Source: an uncultured Candidatus Micrarchaeota archaeon
Lineage (GTDB): Archaea; Micrarchaeota; Micrarchaeia; Norongarragalinales; Norongarragalinaceae
Assembly (NCBI GenBank): GCA_903893865.1
Contig: CAITNU010000060.1
Coordinates: 1-45,157 of the forward strand
Direction of reading: 5' to 3'
DNA length: 45,157 bases
The translations under genes were made by a program, and so were the position numbers. The notes under the pieces are model-generated. The model had not been told where the DNA came from. It saw only the letters and a program-made list of their open reading frames with translations, and ran no database searches. Each line of letters opens with the position of its first letter. The first letter of the stretch is position 1. Of this stretch, positions 25,914 through 34,900 are shown in pieces.

Positions 25914-28900
25914 CTAGTGCTTCACCGCTTTGACGTAAATTGTGCCGGTGTAAGTCTTCTTCAACTGGTTTTGCGGCACGTTTACGAAGAAGAAAACGTC
26001 GCGGTAAACTGCCGATACCGGTTTAGGGATGTTCACCCAGTTCGTGTAGTTCACTAGGGTTCCAATCTGGCAAGCGCCGGACTTGAAGAAAGGAGACAAT
26101 TCGGTTAGACAAGAACCAACTGCGCCCGAGTTGTTGGAAACCGTTATGTTAGCGACTTTAAGCACGCCTCCTGCGCCCGATAAGTCGCTGCCGTTCAACG
26201 ATAAATCCACTGCCACGTTCGTGTTGCTTGAAATCGTCACCTGGCATTGCTGCGTGTCAGAACGCGTTCCGTTCGCGGTGCCAGGCGTGAAGCCGGTTCC
26301 GAGATTCAAGGCGGAACAATTGATGGTCATGTCTATGATTTCCACGTGGGATATCGTGAAGTAGTAGTAAGTCAAGTTGCTGCCCCAATGGCCAACCGTA
26401 TCGTTTACGTAGACGGTGAAATTCGCTTCGCCGTCAGGCTGGCTCGTCACGTTGAAGTAACAATTCGTTCCGCTGCGAGTCATAGTCAAATTAACGTTCG
26501 TACTATTCGGGTAAACGTAGTTGAGCAAGCAAGTGTCGGGATTCGTTTCAGTGAAAGTCACGTTGATATAGGAATAATTGTAGTCTTGGGTGGAACCGTT
26601 GAGGGGAGTGGGATTAACGTAGATTATGCTCGCGGGCGCAGTCTTGTCTATCGTGATGTTCCGCGTTTCAGTCTTGTTTTGGTTCCCAGATTGGTCGACA
26701 GCGAAACCGTAGTAATCGTAAACTCCGTCGCTCAAGCTCGTAAAATTGTTTTCGAGACGGTACGCGCTGTTGTTGAAGGAAGCGTTGATTTCCTGTTCTG
26801 AAAGCGAGCGGTTCCAAACCCGAATTTCATCCAACGCGCCAGTAAACCAATTGTCACCCTTACCAAAATACATATAGTCGCCAGAATCGCTTATCGCACC
26901 ACTGGTTTCTTTACTCACGTCCGAAACGCCGTTCAAGTAAATCGACAAGTAAGTGGAATTGAATACGGCGGCAACATGATACCACGTGTCGTTGGAAAGC
27001 GCGGTGGCGCCAGTCACATCCTGTGAAGGCAAATCCGGCACTTGAAAATAAATTTTGCGTTCAGAATTGAGACGAACGTCCCAGTCACCAGCCCGATAAA
27101 CCAAATCCTCGTCTCCGTACGAGCCGCGGTAAGGATACTTAACCCAAAAATCTATTGAGAGCGCGCTGCTGATGCTGTTTAAACTATCAGAATTAGGAAC
27201 TTGAATTTCGTCATCGTTTCCGTCGAATTGAGCGCCGCAGCCGAACCTGCCAGCACAAGTCCAGTTTTCGCTTCCTTCAGGGTAAAGCGTTCCGTTGTTG
27301 CCCCATGTGCTGTTATCGTACGCCGTAGCTCCAGAGCCTTCCTCGAAACTCCAGTAACCGATTAGCGAGCGGTTCCAATCAACGAACGCACCGCCAGGAT
27401 TCGCGTCGGTCACACTGACGTTCACGTAAGCGTAATCGTAGTTCGTCAAGTTATTGTTCGGCGGCGTAGGGTCAACGAACGCGGGCGTCGGCGGAGTGAC
27501 GTCAGCCAGCTTGCTGAAAGATTGGAACTCGTCAAATTCTTTGAAACCATAATCTCCGCAATCACCACCACCTGACCGAGTATCAAAAAGAATTTTCAAG
27601 TATTTTCCCGTTGCGGCCGTAAACGAGCAATTATACCAAGCTAAGCCGCTGCCGATTAACTCGCAACTGCCTAAACTGTCGCCCCAATTCGCTGGATCGT
27701 TGGAAACATAGATTTCTGAAACCGCGCATACATTGCTGTCCTTGTCAGGCGCAGTGTAAATTTGGAGTTTAGAGTGCGTGTACAGCGTGCAATACTCGTA
27801 AGCAATCCAGTGCTGTTCTTCGGCAGAGTGTCCCCACCGGGTACTGGTGTCGTTGTCGATGGTGTTCGTTGCAGGGCTATCACCTTCTTCGCCGCACTTA
27901 TCGTAAACCGCGTGCGGCGTAACCCAGTTCCAGAGAGACGTGAAAGTCAATGCTTGTTGTTCGCTTACGCCCCAGTTTCCCGCGCTGTCGTTAACCCACA
28001 TTCTATAAACGTAATCCCCGCTGTCGGTCAGCGTCGCGTTGTAGTAACAATTCGTTCCAACTCGCGTCGCCGAATAATTCGAGTCGTTGATTTCAAGCAA
28101 GCAGGAATCCGGGTTCGATTCGGTGAAAGTGACGTTAACGTAAAAATAGTCTTGCGTTAAATTAGAGTTGTTGACGGGAGTAGGACCGACGTAAACGATG
28201 TTCGACGGCGGAGTCACATCAATAGTAAACCCGTACTGCGACAAATTACTACCCCAATTACCAGCACTATCGTTAACGTAAACAGTAAAATTCGCCTGCC
28301 CATCACCCTGCGTCGTAACATTAAAATAGCAATACGCAGCCACACCCGCCGCCTTCGTCATCGTTAGGTTGACGTTCGTGCTGTTCGGATAAACGTAATT
28401 CAACAAGCAAGTGTCGGGATTCGATGCCGTGAACGTAGCATTAACGTACGAGTAATTATAATTGCGCCAAGAATTGTTTGCAGGCGTTGGCGAAACGTAA
28501 GCGATACTCGACGGCGGCGAGATTATAGTGAGCGTCCTGTTGTTCGACCACGCTACGTTGCCGGCAGAATCATCGCATCTCGCGCCCCATATGAATGTTG
28601 CTTGAGTTAAGCCGGATATCGAAGCATTCCACCACGTATCGTTTAATAAACCGCCACTGCTCTGCTCGCTTCCAAAACCACTTGTTGGTTCAGGAGAAAC
28701 AAACTTACGAATGAATGTCCAGTCTATTTTTTGAGTGCCGGTTCCCGCCTTTTGATACCAATGATGTAGGTTATAACTTCCTGTAGGAACATTACTTGTT
28801 ACTACTGATTCACTTCCATCATCCAGAGTATGTGAGACTGTCGTTGAATTTCTTCTTACTTCAATAACGTGATAAGCTCCAGCAAAAGCGGTCACTTGTG

Positions 28901-31900
28901 TCTGTGAATTAGCACCATTCGTAAATGCTCGTATATAATAGTTATATGGAGAACCATAATATCTAATTACCGTGGCGCCATAATCGCCAGTTGTTGGACT
29001 GTTATATAATACTTCTCCAGCTCCTTTATTCCACCAACCAAAACCTTGCTCGAGATAACTTCCTCCTTCATTATACCAGTTTACACTTGACCTTAAAGCG
29101 TAATCGTATCCGAGAGTTGTTGTTCTAGCGGCAGAAGCAGCTGAAGTGCCGTTTGGGTCTAATGTAAGAATTCCTCCAGAAACTGAACCAAGAGTTAAAC
29201 TCCAACCAGTTGAATCGTCCCAAGTAGTAGAACCATCAACACCAGTATTAGTTATATTGCTTGCACTTGAAGCGCCGGCGTTGCCGTAATACATGTAGAA
29301 AGTGTAGTTGGTCGTCGTAATGTTTTGGTCTACTTCAACCCAGACTATAGCCCAGTTGCCGTCGCTCTTGTTCTCAAGCCAGTAATCTAATTGAGTGTTT
29401 TCAGAGCCGTTATAAAACCTTAAATCAGAAAAATCACTTTTCATATCAGAATCATAAGTTACGTTTAATTTTACTTGATAATTCGTTCCCGTGTAACCGC
29501 TTGAGACAGAAACATTTATTGGTTTCTTCCGGCTAGAATTAGTTGCTTTCACTTGCCAAGTTCCGGTGTCATTTGCCCATATTTGTAAAGTGCTTAGGCC
29601 AACGTTATCAGAACATTTCGAGTCAAACACTACCGTTGAGCTTGACGAATTATAATTGTCAACGGGATTCGTTCCGAGCGAAACTGTTGGTGCAGTCGTA
29701 TCTATCGTGATAGCCCGCGTTTCCGTCTTGTTCTGGTTCCCAGCAGCATCAACCGCAAAACCATAGTAACTGTAATTACCATCACTCAACCCAGTGAAAT
29801 TGTTTTCCAAACGGTACAAACCGTTGTTGTAGGACGCGTTGATTTCCTGTTCCGAAAGCGTGCGATTCCAAATCCTAACTTCATCAATCACACCACTAAA
29901 CGCAGTAACCGAATAAGCGCCTTCATACCGCCCAATAGTAACGTTGTCAGAAATCGATTGAATGCTATTACAAACCTCTCCAGCTACGCTGTCGCTGTAA
30001 TTAGTCCAATTCATCAAGTTTCCGTTAACCCAAATACTAACGTTTCCCGTACCAGCATTAAACACTCCAACCAAATGAGTCCAAGTATTAGCCGTCAAAA
30101 CAGTCGGAGAAGTAGCGTCACACCGAGTATAAGAAGGACTATTCTTTTCTATGACCGCCATTGCCGGTTTTCCGTCACTACCAATTTCAATACGATACGC
30201 TTCAACGTCTCCACCAGCGCCATTCACTTTCCCAACCACCAAACCTCGACCGCTATCCGCCGGGTAAACCCAAGCCTCGAGAGTCAAATTACCAGTAATA
30301 CTCAAACTAGAAGCGTTAAGACAATTCACGAAATCATCATTATTATCGAAACTCAAACCGTAACCAAATTTACCGCTCGAGTTGTAAGTCGGGCCATTAG
30401 TCAACGCACCATTATTCCCATAACTCGAATTATCAAAAGCAGTCGTCCCACTGCCTTCACTGAAAGCCCAGTAACCCACAAGCGAGCGATTCCAATCAAT
30501 GAATGCTGCACCCGGATTCAAGTCAGTAACGCTAACATTCACGTAAGCATACTTGTTTTTCGTCAAATTACTGTCAGGCGGAGTCGGGCCAACGAACGCC
30601 GGAACAGGCTTCGTCATGTCAATGTAGAACTTGTACGTCGAGAGATTGCTGCCCCAATTCCCAGCTGAATCGTTGACGTAAACCGTGAAATTCGCCTGCC
30701 CATCACCCTGAGTCGTAACGTTGAAATAACAATACGTACCGGTTCCAGCTGCTTTAGTCATCGTTAAATTCACGTTCGTCGAATTCGGGTAAACGTAGTT
30801 AAGCAAACACGAATCCGGATTTGATTCAGTGAAAGTCGCGTTAACGTACGAGTAATTATAGTTTTGGTAAGAATTGTTTGACGGCGTGGGACTAACGTAA
30901 GCAATACTCGCAGGCGCAGTCGTGTCGACGTAAAACTTGTAAGTCGTCACGTTCGAACCCCAATTGCCGGCAGTATCGTTCACGTAAACCGTGAAATTCG
31001 GTTGACCGTCACCCTGAGTCGTAACGTTTTTGTAGCAGTACGCGGCTGCGCCCGCTGCTTTCGTCATCGTTAAATTCACGTTCGTGCTGTTCGGATAAAC
31101 GTAGTTTAACAGGCACGAATCGGGATTCGTTTCAGTGAACGTAGTATTGATGTAAGCGTAAGCGTAACTCTGGTAAGAATTGTTTGAAGGCGAAGGACTA
31201 ACGTAAGCAATGCTCGCGGGCTTCGTCACGTCAATCCTGAAACTATAAGTCGACACGTTCGAACCCCAATTTCCCGCCGAATCGTTCACGTAAACCGTGA
31301 AATTCGGTTGCCCATCACCCTGCGTCGTAACGTTGAAATAACAATACGCGGCTGCGCCCGCTGCTTTCGTCATCGTCAAGTTAACGTTCGTTGAATTCGC
31401 GTAACGATAATTCAACAAGCAAGTGTCTGGATTCGTTTCAGTGAAACTCGCGTTAACGTAAGAATAATTATAGTTTTGAAGCGAATTGTTTGACGGAGTC
31501 GGACTAACGTAAACAATACTCGCAGGAGCAGTCCGATCAATATAAAACTTGTACGTCGACACGTTGCTACCCCAATTTCCAGCAGTATCGTTCACGTAAA
31601 CCGTGAAATTCGCCTGCCCATCACCCTGAGTAGTAACGTTGAAGTAGCAGTACGCGGCTGCGCCCGCAGCTTTCGTCATCGTCAAGTTAACGTTCGTTGA
31701 ATTCGGGTAAACGTAATTCAACAAACACGAGTCAGGATTAGTTTCGGTGAACGTGGCGTTAATGTACGAGTAATTATAATTCCTGAAAGACGCGTTCGCC
31801 GGACTCGGAGTAACATAAACAATACTCGCAGGCGCAGTCTTATCAATAGTAAAACCATACTGCGACAAATTCGAACCCCAATTACCTGCCGAATCATTCA

Positions 31901-34900
31901 CGTAAACAGTAAAATTCGCGTAACCAGCAGGCTGATCACTAACATTAAAATAACAATACGGCGAAGAACCCGTAACCTTCGTCATCGTCAAATTCACGCT
32001 CGAAGAATTCGAATAAACATAATTCAACAAACACGAATCAGGATTAGCTTCCGTAAAAGTCACATTAACGTACGAATAATTATAATTCCTGAAAGACGCG
32101 TTCGCCGGACTCGGAGTAACATAAACAATACTCGCCGGCTTTGTCGTGTCGATGGTAAACCCGTATTGTGACAAGTTACTACCCAAATTACCGGGAGTAT
32201 CATTCACGTAAACCGTAAAATTCGCGTAACCATTACCTTGAGTAGTAACGTTGAAGTAACAATTCGTTCCGCTCGCCTTTGCTGTCAAATTCACGTTCGT
32301 CGAATTCGGGTAAACGTAGCTGATTATGCACGAGTCGCTTGGATTCGCTTCCGTGAAAGTAACGTTAATGTAGGCGTAAGCGTAATTCCGGAAAGAACCG
32401 TTGAGCGGCGTCGGAGTAACGTAAGCGATGCTTGATGGCGCAGTCTTATCAATAGTAAAACCATACTGCGACAAATTCGAACCCCATCTGCCTTGCGAGT
32501 CATTAACGTAAACCGTGAAATTCGCGTAACCAGCAGGCTGGTCAGTAACGTTAAAATAACAATAACGCGCACCGCCCGTTCCAACCACTAGCGTCATCGT
32601 TAAATTCACGTTCGTCGAATTCGGGTAAACGTAGTTCAACAAGCAAGCGCTGGGACTCGCTTCCGTGAACGTCACGTTAATGTAAGAATAATTATAGTTC
32701 TGAATAGAACCATTCAACGGACTCGGAGTAACATAAACAATACTCGCAGGAGCAGTCGTGTCGACGGTAACAGTGTAGTTCACGTTGCTCCTGTTGCTTA
32801 ATGACACGTCGCCGTTGTCCCAACACTCGACGTTACACAAGTAAATGCCTTCCGCTGCGAACGTGTAGTTGATGCCGTTCACGGTATTGTTCGCGATGCT
32901 GCTTGTGCCGTTCCAATTCGTTTGATTTAAGCTCGTGCCGTTGCTGTAAAACAAAAGCGTCGTGCAGTTCTTGAAGCCCGAGTTGTCTATTGGCGTGAAA
33001 GTGAAGTTGACGTTTGCCGAGGCGCTGGTCGTGCCGTTGGACGGCGCGCTCAAGCTCACGTTCGGCGCGGTGTTCGCGTAACTCGCGAAAATCGCGCTGT
33101 AGTAGGATGGAGTCATGTCGGTGGTGTTGATGCCAGTCCAGTAAATGGCGTGGTAGTGCGTGGCGGAGGAATAATTGGTTGTTGCCCCTGAGGCCTTGTA
33201 GTTCACGCCTGCCGTAGCGCTGGCGGCGGTTTTGTCGGTCAGGGCAGTGTGCGTGTGGCTAGCGTTGCTGGTAGTAATTAAGGTGCCGTAAGCGCTCGTC
33301 GCGTACAAAAACTTTTGGTAAAAGTCGTCCGCTGATGAAGCGGAGCGCGAAGTCCATTCGACGGGCGGAGTCGCGTTCCACAACGCGTACATTCCGTTGG
33401 GCACGGGGCGAGTGTCGTTCAGGTAAGCAATAATAATTTTCGACGTAACTGGCACCGCTTCGATTGCAGTCGTCGTTCTGGAGGCTGAAGTGTTCGCCTC
33501 GTGCGTGTGCACGCCATTAGCAACAGATGCCGTGGTGGTGGAGGTCAAACCCGTGGCGTTGGAGGTAGTGGTCCACGAAATATTCCACGTGTGCGTGTGA
33601 GTCCAACTCCCGCCAGTCACTTGAGCCGTCGCGTTGCCGCGAATGTAGTAGCCGTCCGCGGCGCTGAACCGCGTCCAGTTCGCGGGCAAACTAGTCGTGT
33701 TGAAGAACGCGATTACGCCTGAGGGAAGCGTTGCGGGAAGCCCGCTCGTGTTACAGCGAATTACGAGGAAGTCGTAGTAAGGCGGAAAATTCGAGGCGGT
33801 CGTGTTAGCGGTGTACATTACCTTGTGCGCGTGAGTCGCGGGCGCGCCAGTGTTCGTAGTGACTGTAGAAAGAGTTCCGGCTGAAGCCGTACCCAGGAAG
33901 GCCTGGTAATTGTGTGCGTGGTAATCGCTTCCGCCGCTCCCGCCGTAAGTCGCGTCAGGCACGATGAATTTCCGGTAAAACGGGTCGGTAGCGTAACAAG
34001 AAATGCACGTCCACCCGCTCGGAACGTTAGCAAGAGTGTTGTTAAACAACAAAATCATGTGCGCGTTGCTGGCGTCGTTGTAAGCGAAAACGCTTTGTCC
34101 GCCGAAATCGAAGCGCAGAACGTGCCGCCGCGCTTTCAACACCTTGCTGTTTTCGCTGGCAGTCTCGTTGCACGAGTAATTCGGAACGACAACGCTGCAC
34201 TCGTTTTCCGCGCAGTTTGCGCCGCGCCACTCGTACGGCACTAGCCGGTCCCCGCAACGGATTTCGAGGAAGCGCAGGTCGTAAAGCGTTTCGTTCTCGC
34301 TTGAATCGCTCCAACGCGTGTAATTCTCGGTGTAATTCAAGTCGCGCGTTGCGGTAATCGTTAAATCCGCCGCTCCGTTCGTCTCGAAATTAACCGTCCA
34401 GTTGCCGTAAAGCTGCGGGTGCGAGTGAACGTTCAAAATCGTTATGTTGATGCCGAAAGACTGGTTGTCCGTTAATTCGGGTATCACCCACGATATTTCG
34501 TGCACGAAACCGTTCGAGTCGCCGTTCGTGGCTTTGAAAACAAGTTTTTTCACGAGAAAACCGTTCTCGCTGATTTCGCGCAACTCATCGTCCGTCAAGT
34601 TCAAGCCGCTCAAGTTTTGGCTCGCCGATAAAACCCACGATAATTCGATGTCGTCGAGATTGTTTACTTCAACAGGAAGTGAAGCGTAAACACTCACGTT
34701 CTCGTAATGCATTGGCGCGGTTACGACGACGCGCTTGGAACCGAAACCCGTTTGTTCCTCGCTTGCTTGCGGAGCGCCCGTATAGTATTCGACTTCGAGT
34801 TCGCTGAAATCGCCTCTGCCGCCTCGAACGCGCAAACCCTTCGCGCCGCGCACAGCGCTTTTGACGCCTGTTTCAGTAGCGTTTTCGGCGCCGTTCTCGG

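Noticed and set aside
26083-32584. Many plus- and minus-strand ORFs inside the giant gene (e.g. 26247..26801, 27762..28160, 29958..30668, 32238..32435, 32324..32584)
   Set aside because: They are shadow or alternative-frame ORFs of a long gene with repetitive, stop-poor composition. Their products are low-complexity (Arg/Val/Ser/Ile-rich). They repeat only because the underlying sense-strand repeats do.
30612-32756. Regularly spaced repeats that might suggest a CRISPR array or satellite
   Set aside because: Units are ~306 bp, contiguous with no unique spacers, in frame, and translate into a conserved Ig-like domain. This is protein-domain tandem duplication, not a CRISPR array.
34809-34817. 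RGD tripeptide (residues 635-637, ...GGRGDFSE...) in the giant protein as an integrin-type adhesion motif
   Set aside because: A single tripeptide in a 3601-aa protein is expected by chance. There is no supporting context and no eukaryotic-host evidence.
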